Positions 8,585-18,658 of a stretch of DNA of 64,000 nt are shown piece after piece; within the stretch, counting starts at the first letter, position 1; every line of letters begins with the position of its first letter. Under the pieces are notes generated by a model. It made no database searches. It was given only the letters and a program-made list of their open reading frames with translations, and was not told the DNA's origin. The stretch lies in contig JBBTSR010000001.1 in assembly GCA_038064615.1 (NCBI GenBank), positions 22,558 to 86,557 on the forward strand. The letters are read 5' to 3'. This stretch comes from Patescibacteria group bacterium (GTDB lineage Bacteria; Patescibacteriota; Microgenomatia; UBA1406; GWC2-37-13). The position numbers were made by a program, and so were the translations under genes.

Positions 8585-9703
8585 ATGAAGTTATTAATTG
8601 TTGCAAAAAGTATAGACGGTGGGACAGGAAGCTACATTTTTAATTTATTGAAATTAAGAAAATTAATAAACTTAAAAACTACTACTCTTATTTTAGAAAG
8701 ACCCACTTACAGGAAAATAAGGGCTAATATGATCTTTTTACATAATAAAAATTATTATCCAAATAAATATTATTTTTCTTACAGTAATATTTTGGTTTTT
8801 GTAAAAGAAATTTTTTGGCTAAAAGATATAATTTCTCAAAATAAACCTGATGTTGTGTTATCAGTTAACCATTATGTCAATATTCAACTGTCAATAATTA
8901 AGTATCTTTTTAACAAAAAACTTCGACTTATTTTAACAAGCCATAACAATATTTTGACAACCTTCAAAAATAGGGCTTCTTATTGGCTTAATATTATATT
9001 GAAGATATTGGTCAGTTTGTTATATAAAAAAGCCAATATTAATATTGGGGTATCTAAAAATATTTCAAACGATTTGAGACGTTATTTTTTTCTAGATAAC
9101 GTTCAAACAATTTATAACGGAATTAATTTGAAGAAAATTTCTATAAAAAATAAAATAAATAAGATAAAAAGAATTATTTCTGTAGGACGACTTGATAAAC
9201 AAAAAGATTTTTTTACCTTAATAAAAGCTTTTTCAATCCTCATTCGTATTTTTAAAAATTCTGAATTGTTGATTATAGGTGACGGAAAAATAAAAAAAAA
9301 TCTGAAAAGTTTGATTTCAAGCTTAAAATTATCAAAAAAAATTCATCTTATTGGTTGGAAACAGAACGTTTCGCAATATCTGGCTACCACTGATTTATTC
9401 TTATTTTCTTCAAATTACGAAGGTTTTCCAACAGTAATCTTAGAAGCTATGAGTTATGGCGTTCCTGTTATATCAACTAACACTAATTATGGGCCATCTG
9501 AAATATTAGACAATGGAAGATATGGAGTTTTGGTACCTGTTGGCAATGAGAAAGCAATGGCAAAAGCTATGAATGACTTATTAAAAGATGGGAAAAAATA
9601 TAATTTTTATTTTAAAAAATCCTTGGAAAGAGCCAAATATTTTTCATTAGATAAAATGCTAAAGAATTACAAGAAAATAATCATTAATATTTTTCATCAA
9701 TAG
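8585..9703 (+). CDS. glycosyltransferase, GT4-like
   Basis: 372 aa. Motifs ...VGRLDKQKDF... and ...EGFPTVILEAMSYGVPVISTN.... Confidence 0.8.
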   Translation: MKLLIVAKSIDGGTGSYIFNLLKLRKLINLKTTTLILERPTYRKIRANMIFLHNKNYYPNKYYFSYSNILVFVKEIFWLKDIISQNKPDVVLSVNHYVNIQLSIIKYLFNKKLRLILTSHNNILTTFKNRASYWLNIILKILVSLLYKKANINIGVSKNISNDLRRYFFLDNVQTIYNGINLKKISIKNKINKIKRIISVGRLDKQKDFFTLIKAFSILIRIFKNSELLIIGDGKIKKNLKSLISSLKLSKKIHLIGWKQNVSQYLATTDLFLFSSNYEGFPTVILEAMSYGVPVISTNTNYGPSEILDNGRYGVLVPVGNEKAMAKAMNDLLKDGKKYNFYFKKSLERAKYFSLDKMLKNYKKIIINIFHQ

Positions 9704-11106
9704 CCAAGACTCTTTAATTTATCTATTTTATCTTGAGAGTTATTTATATCTTTTTCTTTCATTGGAAAATATTTGAAAAAATTAGTTTTAAAATCTTCTC
9801 TAAGTTTGTCTATTATTTCTTTATATTTTATCTGGCTAATTAAATTGGTATTTTCGGCTTTATCTAAACTTAAATCATAAAATTCCTCACTGTATTTATT
9901 TAGGCAGTCATCCTTAAAAGTTCTTAGAGTCTTAATATACTTATACCTCTTATTAACAATACCCCCCTTTGTTGCCGCATTGTCCATAATATAAATTTCA
10001 TCTTTGCTATATCTTTTTACTAGGCTATCTATATCTTTTAAACTTAAATGGGCTCTATTTGTGTTAAATAACAAATTACTTATAATATTATGAATTGAAG
10101 TATTGTCTATCAAATAATCAATCACTCCATTTTCATTATTCGGAAGCTTTATCATTAAAGGAATTTTGACACTAGAGTTATAAATTACTCTTCCATGGCT
10201 AAAATAATAATCATGATCCATGCTTTCTCCATGATCGCCATAAAACACAATTATTGAATTTTTGTTCAGACCACTTTTGTTAATGTAGTCGATAATATGT
10301 TTGAATATATAATCTCCATTGAGAATATCTTCATCATAAAGACGAGTATATGTATCAATCAACTCCTCTAAATATTTTTCATCTTTAATCCCGTCTTGCT
10401 TATAACATTTTATTTTTTTGACCAGCTCATCTTGTCTGCTTCTCGCTTCGCTGAAATTTATCCCTTCAATGGTATTTTTATATGATTTACTAAATATATT
10501 TCTTAACTGAGTTCGTGGATAATATGGTCTGTGAGGAGCTTTTATATGAAGCCAAAAGAAGAACGGTACTTGTTTGTTATCGCGAATCCAATTAAACCCA
10601 TTATCCAAATAGTCAAGAGAGCCCATAACCTCTTTTTCGTCTTCATTTACTTCATAGTAATCAAAACCTCGATTTATATTTGTTAATTCTGAGTCCAAAG
10701 CCATATTTGTAACTGATGCTCCTGTAGCATATCCCTTCTTTTTAAGATTTTCAGCTAAAGTTTTTATATTATTTTGCATTGGACCATCAGCATTATCTAT
10801 GATCTTTGTTTCAATAGGATATCTTCCAGTCATTAAAGCTGTAAAAGAAGGATACGTTAAAGGAATAATGGTATATGCGTTCGTAAAAACAAACGCATCT
10901 TTGGCCCATTTGTCAATATTTGGAGTAGTATTTTTGTTGTAACCGTAAACTCCCATATGATCAGGTCTTAAAGTGTCAACAGAAATTAATATTAAATTTA
11001 AATTCCCGGCTTTGTTGTTAAAAATGATTTTTTGATATAAAAAATAAATAATAAATAAAAACATTATTATTGCCAAGGGAAGAAAGATTTTTTTAACGAT
11101 TTTCAT
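9697..11106 (-). CDS. sulfatase-like hydrolase/transferase (alkaline phosphatase superfamily), Thr at the nucleophile position
   Basis: 469 aa with an N-terminal TM segment. Motifs ...ILISVDTLRPDHMGVYGY... and ...YGDHGE.... PLTYPSFTALMTG aligns with the sulfatase C/S-x-P-x-R block but has T and lacks R, as in phosphotransferase-type members. Confidence 0.7.
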   Translation of the reverse strand: MKIVKKIFLPLAIIMFLFIIYFLYQKIIFNNKAGNLNLILISVDTLRPDHMGVYGYNKNTTPNIDKWAKDAFVFTNAYTIIPLTYPSFTALMTGRYPIETKIIDNADGPMQNNIKTLAENLKKKGYATGASVTNMALDSELTNINRGFDYYEVNEDEKEVMGSLDYLDNGFNWIRDNKQVPFFFWLHIKAPHRPYYPRTQLRNIFSKSYKNTIEGINFSEARSRQDELVKKIKCYKQDGIKDEKYLEELIDTYTRLYDEDILNGDYIFKHIIDYINKSGLNKNSIIVFYGDHGESMDHDYYFSHGRVIYNSSVKIPLMIKLPNNENGVIDYLIDNTSIHNIISNLLFNTNRAHLSLKDIDSLVKRYSKDEIYIMDNAATKGGIVNKRYKYIKTLRTFKDDCLNKYSEEFYDLSLDKAENTNLISQIKYKEIIDKLREDFKTNFFKYFPMKEKDINNSQDKIDKLKSLGY

Positions 11107-13060
11107 ATTTAAACAGTTTCAAAACAAAAGGCATAATCTGAGTTATCTGGGGATTTTTCAACTTCAAATTTTTGTTTGACAATAATACTCCGGGGACTTC
11201 TGAGGCGTCAAAAAGGTGGTCACCGGACCATTTATCAACTCTTTTATTAAATATATTTTTCGGAGTTGCCCCGACCGCTGTATCCCAGGAAGATCTTATC
11301 CCTTTAAAATAACCAACAAACAGGTCTGGAGAATTAGAGTCGTCGTTTTTTATTTTTAACTCCTCTTTAGTATAAGCGTTCTTTATTACTTTTGAATTAT
11401 CATTCGGATTTATAATCTGAAGCAGGTCTTTTTTAAGTTTTTCTTCTAGGGCTTGACTGTCTTTTTTTTCAACGATCCCCCCTTCTTCTCTTCCTTTAAG
11501 ATTTAGATATACCCCGTTATAACCGATAGCGTAAGCTTTGGTCTTTTCCCAATCTACTTGATCCAAAAGCGTTCCACCTGTTTCGGCTCCGTCTTTTAAG
11601 ACCAGATAGCCGTCGTCACGAAGCCAACTGTTGAGATTAAACTCCCAATCAAATCCGGCAAAACCATGATCGGATAATATAATCAGAGTATCTTCTTTAT
11701 TAAGTTTGGACAACGTTTTGCCGACGATATCATCAATCTTTTTGTAGAATTTAAAAATAACTTCAGGATCTTTCCAATACATATGTGAGATTGTATCTGT
11801 AATACCAAAATAACTAAAAAATATACCGGTTTTTTGTTTTACAAGCTCCCCAAAATAGATAACTTCCCTTTCTTTAAAAATTGACTCGGCGTTTTCGAGG
11901 AAGGCCCTGTCATCAAATACTCCCTCTTCTAAAGCCCAGGTATCATGAGGTAGTCCCTGGGTGTAGAATAACCCGTATTCTTTTACCAAGTCCTTTGAAT
12001 ACGCTTTTGGGTAACTAATATCTTTTATCGGTTTAGAGGGATCAAAATTTATTGGTGATAAATATATCTCTAAATCAGGAGATAGCTGTTTTAAGTAAAA
12101 TTTTGCAATTCCATTAATTTTGGTAAAAAAATCTATCTTGAACTCAAGTTTTATCCAATCGGAAAATTTTCCTTCCTTGAGAATTATTTTTTGATTTTGA
12201 ACTATCAAAATTAATTCTTTTTTTTCCTTATTTCTTTGGATCTTTAAAGGAATATTCGTAACCTTTTTTTCATTAAAAGCTTGATATCTTGGTCCTGGTA
12301 TATTGACCATTTGAGTTTCAATGTTATCCAAACTTACCTGATTCCCCCGGCTGTTTTTATTCAGCTTTTTAGTTGTAAAAAGACTAAACTTACCGGCGGT
12401 CCCCAGTATATCCGGGGTTCCCATACCAGAGATCATCCGACCATAAAGACTGTTTGGTGGAAAAGTATTAGGTAAGAATAGAACAGTTGTGTCAATATTG
12501 TTTTTCCCGGCTTTTTGCCAAAATGTTTCTCCCCTAATCGCCGACTTTATATTCTCCATCCAGACCAGATCAAGTTGATAATTTTTAGGGTCGCGGACAA
12601 TAAAATCATAGATTCCGTGTTCTGATGGATCGGTTCCGGTGGCAAAACTGGCCCAGGCAACCGGCGACTGGGGAGGAATAGTGGTTTGTAATTCTGAATA
12701 ATAACCTTTTTCCTTTAGTTTTTTAAAGTTTGGCATTAATTTTTTTTCAATTGCTTGCGACAAAATATTCGGATCCATTCCGTCAATCCCCAAAATTACT
12801 ACCCGGCCCTTAGCTTTATTGCTTATTGTTTTTTTATTAAACATAAGTATCATTGTAGCAATAAGAGCGATGATAATTATAAGAACGATTAAATTTTTTC
12901 TTTTTGCAAAAAACGCCATGATAGTTACAATAAATGTTGCCAAAAATCCTAAAATAACCGGCACGATTGAGCTAAAAACATAGCCTGTGCCTGGGTCAAT
13001 ATAGCCCATATAATAAAAGTTGTGGCTGTTTTTTACACAGGTTTGACAGAATAGATCCAT
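11093..13060 (-). CDS. type I phosphodiesterase / nucleotide pyrophosphatase-like (alkaline phosphatase superfamily) membrane-anchored protein
   Basis: 655 aa. Motifs ...VVILGIDGMDPN..., ...PPQSPVAWASFATG... and ...ILSDHGF.... The start may be the internal M at 13009 (MGYIDPGTGY...). Confidence 0.7.
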   Translation of the reverse strand: MDLFCQTCVKNSHNFYYMGYIDPGTGYVFSSIVPVILGFLATFIVTIMAFFAKRKNLIVLIIIIALIATMILMFNKKTISNKAKGRVVILGIDGMDPNILSQAIEKKLMPNFKKLKEKGYYSELQTTIPPQSPVAWASFATGTDPSEHGIYDFIVRDPKNYQLDLVWMENIKSAIRGETFWQKAGKNNIDTTVLFLPNTFPPNSLYGRMISGMGTPDILGTAGKFSLFTTKKLNKNSRGNQVSLDNIETQMVNIPGPRYQAFNEKKVTNIPLKIQRNKEKKELILIVQNQKIILKEGKFSDWIKLEFKIDFFTKINGIAKFYLKQLSPDLEIYLSPINFDPSKPIKDISYPKAYSKDLVKEYGLFYTQGLPHDTWALEEGVFDDRAFLENAESIFKEREVIYFGELVKQKTGIFFSYFGITDTISHMYWKDPEVIFKFYKKIDDIVGKTLSKLNKEDTLIILSDHGFAGFDWEFNLNSWLRDDGYLVLKDGAETGGTLLDQVDWEKTKAYAIGYNGVYLNLKGREEGGIVEKKDSQALEEKLKKDLLQIINPNDNSKVIKNAYTKEELKIKNDDSNSPDLFVGYFKGIRSSWDTAVGATPKNIFNKRVDKWSGDHLFDASEVPGVLLSNKNLKLKNPQITQIMPFVLKLFKYENR

Positions 13061-13079
13061 AGTTAGATAATTATATAAG

Positions 13080-13760
13080 ATGAAAAAATTACTTGAAGAG
13101 AAGATAAAGAAAGCTTACTTGATTATTGGAGAAGCGACCAAAAAATTTAAAAAAAATGAAGTTGTTATTGCCTGGACCGGCGGCAAGGATTCAACGGTTG
13201 TCCTTCATCTAGTCCGGACATATTTTAACGGCTGGATTCCTTTTAAAGTAATGTTTAATGATTCAACAATGGAATTTCAGGAAATCTATAATTTTGTGGC
13301 ACAAATTAAAAAACAATGGAATTTGGATTTAATAATCGAAAAACATAGCAGTGATGATATGAAAAGATTTTATAAAGAAAACGACCTTGAAAAAAAGAAG
13401 GAAATGTCAAGAATTATGAAAATTAACGCAATTAATAATTTCCTAAAAGAATATGATGTTGATGCTTTTATAGTTGGAATCCGTCGGGATGAACATCAGG
13501 CCAGATCAAAAGAAAAATATTTCTCACAAAGAAAAAATCATGTCCGTATCCATCCGATTTTGGACTTTACTGAAAAAGATGTCTGGGACTATACAAATAA
13601 GTATAAAGTTCCCTATGTTTCTTTATATAAAAAGGGTTACCGGTCGCTTGGTGAAAAACCATTTACTAATAAAGCGGTTCAAGGAGGCACGGAAAGGTCA
13701 GGACGGGAATACGATAAAGAAAAAACAATGGAGAAGTTAAGGAATATGGGGTATTGGTGA
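13080..13760 (+). CDS. PAPS-reductase-family (PP-loop) protein
   Basis: 226 aa. Motifs ...IAWTGGKDSTVVLHL..., ...GIRRDEH... and ...GYRSLGE.... Confidence 0.75.
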   Translation: MKKLLEEKIKKAYLIIGEATKKFKKNEVVIAWTGGKDSTVVLHLVRTYFNGWIPFKVMFNDSTMEFQEIYNFVAQIKKQWNLDLIIEKHSSDDMKRFYKENDLEKKKEMSRIMKINAINNFLKEYDVDAFIVGIRRDEHQARSKEKYFSQRKNHVRIHPILDFTEKDVWDYTNKYKVPYVSLYKKGYRSLGEKPFTNKAVQGGTERSGREYDKEKTMEKLRNMGYW

Positions 13761-13761
13761 T

Positions 13762-14685
13762 ATGAAAACAAAAAATATTATTATGGTAATAATACTCCAA
13801 TCTGCTTTAATCTTTTTTCTTGGTTTTAAGATATTTCAACAGATTTTTAACAAAAAAATCTCTATAGCATACATTGATAAAAACAGTATAAATGTAAAAG
13901 GAACTCAGTCTCTTAAATATTTTTATGAACCAAAGCCTAATTCTATTCAGGAAGTGCGTAAAGATTGGCTTTCGTCTGTACCAAAATACACCATTAATAA
14001 TGATACTTTAAACGAAAGGATTAATTATCAAATAGAAAAGCCAAAAAATGTTTTTCGCATCATTACTCTTGGGGACTCTTTTACTTTTGGTGAAAACGTT
14101 AACACAAAAGATAATTACCCAGAACTTTTAGAAGACAGACTTAACACTCAGTGTTTAAATACTGCGTTTGAAGTGATCAATTTAGGAGTTTATGGATATG
14201 ATATTCAATATGAGGTTGAAAGATATAAAATACGAGGCCAAAAATATCACCCCGATTTAATTTTGTGGATGCTTGTAGATGATAGAAGAATTAATGAATT
14301 GATGCGAGAATTTTATAACAACTGTACAAAAAATAATCCCAACCCCACCTTAGAAAAACAAACTAGTCATTATTGTTTCAGAACTGCATTAGATGAATTG
14401 GAAAGAAAAAAAGGAATAAAGACCATATATCAAATATTGAGACAGGAATTTAACAGGATTTTTGATTTTTATAACAAGAATATTGTAGTTATTAATTTAA
14501 ATAATTCTCATCAGGAAATTCTAAAAAATATCAGCAAACCAAAACAGGTTGATATATTTAGTTATGATTTTACCGATAAAAAATATCGATTACTTGACGG
14601 ACACCCAAACCAGGCAGGCCATCAAAAAATAGCTGAAGATGTGTTTAATTACTTAACCAAAAATAAATTAATTCCCTGTAATTAA
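13762..14685 (+). CDS. SGNH/GDSL-family hydrolase, membrane-anchored
   Basis: 307 aa with an N-terminal TM segment. Block I is ITLGDSFTFGE and block V is LLDGHPNQAGH. Confidence 0.75.
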   Translation: MKTKNIIMVIILQSALIFFLGFKIFQQIFNKKISIAYIDKNSINVKGTQSLKYFYEPKPNSIQEVRKDWLSSVPKYTINNDTLNERINYQIEKPKNVFRIITLGDSFTFGENVNTKDNYPELLEDRLNTQCLNTAFEVINLGVYGYDIQYEVERYKIRGQKYHPDLILWMLVDDRRINELMREFYNNCTKNNPNPTLEKQTSHYCFRTALDELERKKGIKTIYQILRQEFNRIFDFYNKNIVVINLNNSHQEILKNISKPKQVDIFSYDFTDKKYRLLDGHPNQAGHQKIAEDVFNYLTKNKLIPCN

Positions 14686-14813
14686 GGCTTTAAAACCAAA
14701 AACTCCGGTTATCTGTAGTAATAAATAATTTTTTAGAAAATAAAGATCTTCGAGAAAAATTTTCATTACTGGGCTATAGACGGTCCGAATTTTTCTCTTG
14801 GGATAAAGGTATA

Positions 14814-14842
14814 TTGACAACCATGAAGTAATACTTTATACT
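14814..14842 (+). promoter_or_regulatory. sigma70-type promoter TTGACA-17-TATACT with an embedded 8-bp inverted repeat (ATGAAGTA/TACTTCAT)
   Basis: -35 at 14814-14819 and -10 at 14837-14842. The ATG lies 8 nt downstream of the -10 and there is no SD. Confidence 0.55.
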
Positions 14843-14850
14843 TCATCTAT

Positions 14851-15834
14851 ATGAAAGATATACTGAAAATTATCCTAGAAAAAAAGAATACGCTTGATGG
14901 ATTTAAGTTTTTTCCTATGGCTCTAATTACTAATATTGATGAGTGGTATAAGATTGAGCTTACTTATTCCTCTAACGCCATTGAAGGCAATACTTTGACC
15001 AGACAAGAAACCGCTCAAATCGTGGAAAAAGGGATAACTGTCAAGGGGAAATCCATTATTGAACATCTTGAAGCAATTAACCATGCGAAAGCGTATCAAT
15101 ATATTAAAGAATCAAATCTCCAGAGTATCAAAAAAATTGATAAAAGGACTATTCTCGATATTCATGCCATCATCTTAGGGGATATTAATACTATTGATGC
15201 TGGCATTTATAGGAATATTCCTGTTCGTATTGCTGGATCAACAGTGACACTGCCTAATCCTTTTAAAGTTCCTGATCTTATGGAAGAGCTTATCAACTGG
15301 CTTCATCAAACAAAAAACAATATTGTCAAAATAGCCGTTGATGCCCATTTTAAATTAGTCACAATCCATCCCTTTATTGACGGTAACGGCAGAACAGCCC
15401 GTTTGCTCATGAATCTTATTTTAATAACCGCTGGATATCCGCCGGTAATTATAAATAAAGAAGATAGAAAAAAATACATCGATAGTATTGAAAAGGGACA
15501 GCTTTCAAATGATCTGGCTGATTATTATTTTTTTATGTTTGGATCAGTCAATAATTCTCTTGATATATATCTAAAAGCTTTGGGAACAAAAGAAAAACAA
15601 ATAACGACTATCTCACAAAAACTTATGAAAATCGGGGAACTGGCAAATAAAACCACAGAGAATGTGTCAACAATAAGGTTTTGGACAAAAGCTGGGCTTC
15701 TTAAGGTCAAGAAATTTTCTGCAGGAGGATATCAACTATATGACAGTGAGGCGATTAAAAGAATAAATGAAATCAGGAAGTTAAAAAAGGAAAAACGCTT
15801 AACTATTACCGAATTAAAACATTTATTTTCTTAA
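14851..15834 (+). CDS. Fic-domain protein fused to a C-terminal MerR-type HTH
   Basis: 327 aa. Fic motif HPFIDGNGRTARLLMNL. C-terminal MKIGELANKTTENVSTIRFWTKAGLL...GGYQLY matches the MerR N-terminal DNA-binding domain pattern. Confidence 0.8.
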   Translation: MKDILKIILEKKNTLDGFKFFPMALITNIDEWYKIELTYSSNAIEGNTLTRQETAQIVEKGITVKGKSIIEHLEAINHAKAYQYIKESNLQSIKKIDKRTILDIHAIILGDINTIDAGIYRNIPVRIAGSTVTLPNPFKVPDLMEELINWLHQTKNNIVKIAVDAHFKLVTIHPFIDGNGRTARLLMNLILITAGYPPVIINKEDRKKYIDSIEKGQLSNDLADYYFFMFGSVNNSLDIYLKALGTKEKQITTISQKLMKIGELANKTTENVSTIRFWTKAGLLKVKKFSAGGYQLYDSEAIKRINEIRKLKKEKRLTITELKHLFS

Positions 15835-15847
15835 TACCAAAAAATTC

Positions 15848-17533
15848 TTACCACCAGCGCATTTTTTTGCATACATTTTCATTATTATTTCGGCAAAAAT
15901 CAGACACTTTTTGTCTAAATTCGGAAACATATCTTAAGTTGCCGTACCCCTTTAGTACCCATCTAAGAAAAGCTTCGGCTGATTTTTGCCCATAAATTTC
16001 TTTTTTTAGTGAATAATCTTTTTTAACGATGTTAAAATTAATGAACCTGTTGCCTTCAACGGCCTTATCCAACATATAAATAGCCATTTTTTTGTTGCTA
16101 CAGGCCTCATAGTAACTCGATAGCAGTTGTAGGGTGGGTAAATATCCGGAAGATACGAAATAATAGTTCTTTGCATATTTGTCCGCTTCCAAGCACCCTT
16201 CTTTGGCAGTATCTTGAATTATCTTTTGTCGATAGGCTTCTTTGTTCAATGGATAAAAAGCTAGACTTAAACTAAGTTTATTTAATCTCAAAAAAATTCC
16301 ACTTGTTAAAATAGAGGTCACGATAAACAACAAACATATTGAAAACAAATTAAAGATAAAAGATTGGTTCGCTTTTGACGTTTTTTCTTCGTAAACTGTT
16401 GCCGCCAATATCATAAACAGGATAAATACCGAATAGATTTTATAGGTATAGTCTGTCTGGAAATTTATCAAAAGGTATAGTAGTAGATAATTTTGTAGGT
16501 TGTTTTTTTTGAAGATACTAATTAAAAGTAATATGATAAATAGTTCAAAAAAGATAAAAGCCAATCCTCCGCTTTCAAATAATATATCCAAAGACAAATT
16601 GTGGGCATTATCGGTAGTTGTAAATTCATACCATTGAGACTTTTCCGATTGATATTTTTTGGATGAATAACCAAAATTACCTGGACCGACTCCAAATAAT
16701 GGGTGGTCGACAAAACTTTTTAATCCCTGTTCTAAATATGTCAGCCTTCTAGCCGTAAAATCTTTACTCTGCAGGTTAAATTTCACAGATAATAACTGAT
16801 TTAATTTACCGACTATTGTTTTATTATCGGCCTCTTTTACAGTTGCAAAGAAGAAAACCATTGATAAAATGACTAAAATAATAACGAACGTTGTTTTTAT
16901 AGAAAAAAAACTGATTGATTTATTTCTTATTAATATAAAAAATGTAGTAATTAGTAAGGCAACATAAGCCGTCCGAGAAAAAGAAAGCATAAAAAAAGGA
17001 AAAAATAATATAAGTAAATAAGACCAATTATTTTCTTTTTTAATAATTAAGGAATAAATAAAAACTATCAGTCCTAATCCCAAAAAGTCTCCAAGATGAT
17101 TGTGAATATGACCATAGTAAGAAACCACGAGTTGATAGCCGTCGATTGGGCTGGTATTCAATCTAAATAAATAAATAAGCGTAAATATTGTCGATCCTAT
17201 AAAAATTATTAACTTAATATATTTTTTAGCTAACTTTTTATTGTTGTAGAAAAAAATAAAAATCAAAAATGAGGATAGATAAAAAAGAGCTAATTCAAAG
17301 GAAATTTGTTTGTCAACAGAAAAAAAAATTGCTGAGATAAAGCTCAATATTAAAAAAAATCCAAAGGTTATTGAAGGATATTTTGGGAAAATAACCGATT
17401 TTTTTTTAATTATTAATTGAATAAAAAAAATCACCGGCAGAATTAAATATAAATAAAAAATTAGTTCTCGAGGAATAATTGTTCCAATCCCCTCAATTAT
17501 AATAATTAATGCTAAAAGAAATATAATAACCAT
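15848..17533 (-). CDS. O-antigen ligase/polymerase-like membrane protein with a soluble C-terminal extension
   Basis: 561 aa and polytopic. Motifs ...HPLFGVGPGNFGYSS... and ...DNAHNLSLDILFESG.... Confidence 0.7.
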   Translation of the reverse strand: MVIIFLLALIIIIEGIGTIIPRELIFYLYLILPVIFFIQLIIKKKSVIFPKYPSITFGFFLILSFISAIFFSVDKQISFELALFYLSSFLIFIFFYNNKKLAKKYIKLIIFIGSTIFTLIYLFRLNTSPIDGYQLVVSYYGHIHNHLGDFLGLGLIVFIYSLIIKKENNWSYLLILFFPFFMLSFSRTAYVALLITTFFILIRNKSISFFSIKTTFVIILVILSMVFFFATVKEADNKTIVGKLNQLLSVKFNLQSKDFTARRLTYLEQGLKSFVDHPLFGVGPGNFGYSSKKYQSEKSQWYEFTTTDNAHNLSLDILFESGGLAFIFFELFIILLLISIFKKNNLQNYLLLYLLINFQTDYTYKIYSVFILFMILAATVYEEKTSKANQSFIFNLFSICLLFIVTSILTSGIFLRLNKLSLSLAFYPLNKEAYRQKIIQDTAKEGCLEADKYAKNYYFVSSGYLPTLQLLSSYYEACSNKKMAIYMLDKAVEGNRFINFNIVKKDYSLKKEIYGQKSAEAFLRWVLKGYGNLRYVSEFRQKVSDFCRNNNENVCKKMRWW

Positions 17534-17575
17534 ATTGTTGACACTGTAATTAAATTTTGCTACTCTTCTAATAAG

Positions 17576-18640
17576 ATGTTAACAAAAAAAATAATCTTAT
17601 TTACAGTTGTTTTATTATTATTTTTTGGATTTCTGCCTTCTTTTAACTATTCTCAAGCTCAATACGCTTGTAACCAAAATTGTTCTTTAAACCCAGATGG
17701 TTGTGCCGCTGGGCTTAGCTGTATTGAAAATGTTTGTCGTAAAGCTTCCTGCTCATCTGACCCTGCTTGTTCCTGTCCGTATACCTGTAATCAATCCTGC
17801 GCTTTGGGGCCAAGTGCTTGTGTTTCTGGACTAACCTGTTACACCTCGGGAGCCAGTCAAAGGTGTAGACTCCCTGATTGTACGAGTTCTACAAGTTGTA
17901 CTTGTCCATTAAGTTGGATTAAATTAAAAAACACTTCTTTTTCTTCCACTAATAATCTTTATAATCCTATTCCTGTGACTATTGCTGCCTACGATAGTGA
18001 CGACGATGGGACAAGGTATTTTAATATTGCCTCAGCTGGCTATGACCCAGGGCTTGTATCAGCTAGTTCAATTGAACTAAATGGAGACCTTTCCTCGACA
18101 AAAGGATGGCAGGCTACTATGGCTAAAACTGTTTCTATGACTCCTTCAAATTTTTTAAATTATATTAAATCAAGAAAAGAATTTAAAACTTTGACCGATA
18201 TAAATGACATTACAACGGAGGACTATGATAAGCAAGTATTGGTGTTGACCGGCCCAATAACAATTGACGACACAAATAAATCTATTTTTAATAATAGGAG
18301 TCTTGTTTTGGTAATTAATGGTAATTTGAATTTTAACCCGACAACTTTTAATCCTACTGGTGGTTTTATTGCTTTCTTAACCACAGGAACAATAACTTTT
18401 GCCAATAGTACCACTGAAGCTCGTGGTATTTTTGTTGCTCCAAATATTAATCTGGGGACAACTGTAGATCAGGGAATAAAAATTACTGGTAATTTAGTAG
18501 CCTTGACGAGCCTGATAAATAACAGAAAATGGGCAAGTACTTCTAAGCCTTCTGTTTTTATTGTCTTTGATCAGTCATACTATATAAATCTTTTTCCATA
18601 TCTCTCAACGGTCAGTTATCAGTGGAATCAAACACAATAA
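17576..18640 (+). CDS. secreted cysteine-rich protein, function unknown
   Basis: 354 aa with a signal-like N-terminus. Carries two similar Cys-rich modules (CNQNCSLNPDGCAAGLSC...C..SC / CNQSCALGPSACVSGLTC...C..SC). Confidence 0.6.
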   Translation: MLTKKIILFTVVLLLFFGFLPSFNYSQAQYACNQNCSLNPDGCAAGLSCIENVCRKASCSSDPACSCPYTCNQSCALGPSACVSGLTCYTSGASQRCRLPDCTSSTSCTCPLSWIKLKNTSFSSTNNLYNPIPVTIAAYDSDDDGTRYFNIASAGYDPGLVSASSIELNGDLSSTKGWQATMAKTVSMTPSNFLNYIKSRKEFKTLTDINDITTEDYDKQVLVLTGPITIDDTNKSIFNNRSLVLVINGNLNFNPTTFNPTGGFIAFLTTGTITFANSTTEARGIFVAPNINLGTTVDQGIKITGNLVALTSLINNRKWASTSKPSVFIVFDQSYYINLFPYLSTVSYQWNQTQ

Positions 18641-18658
18641 AATCTTTTTTATTTCAGA

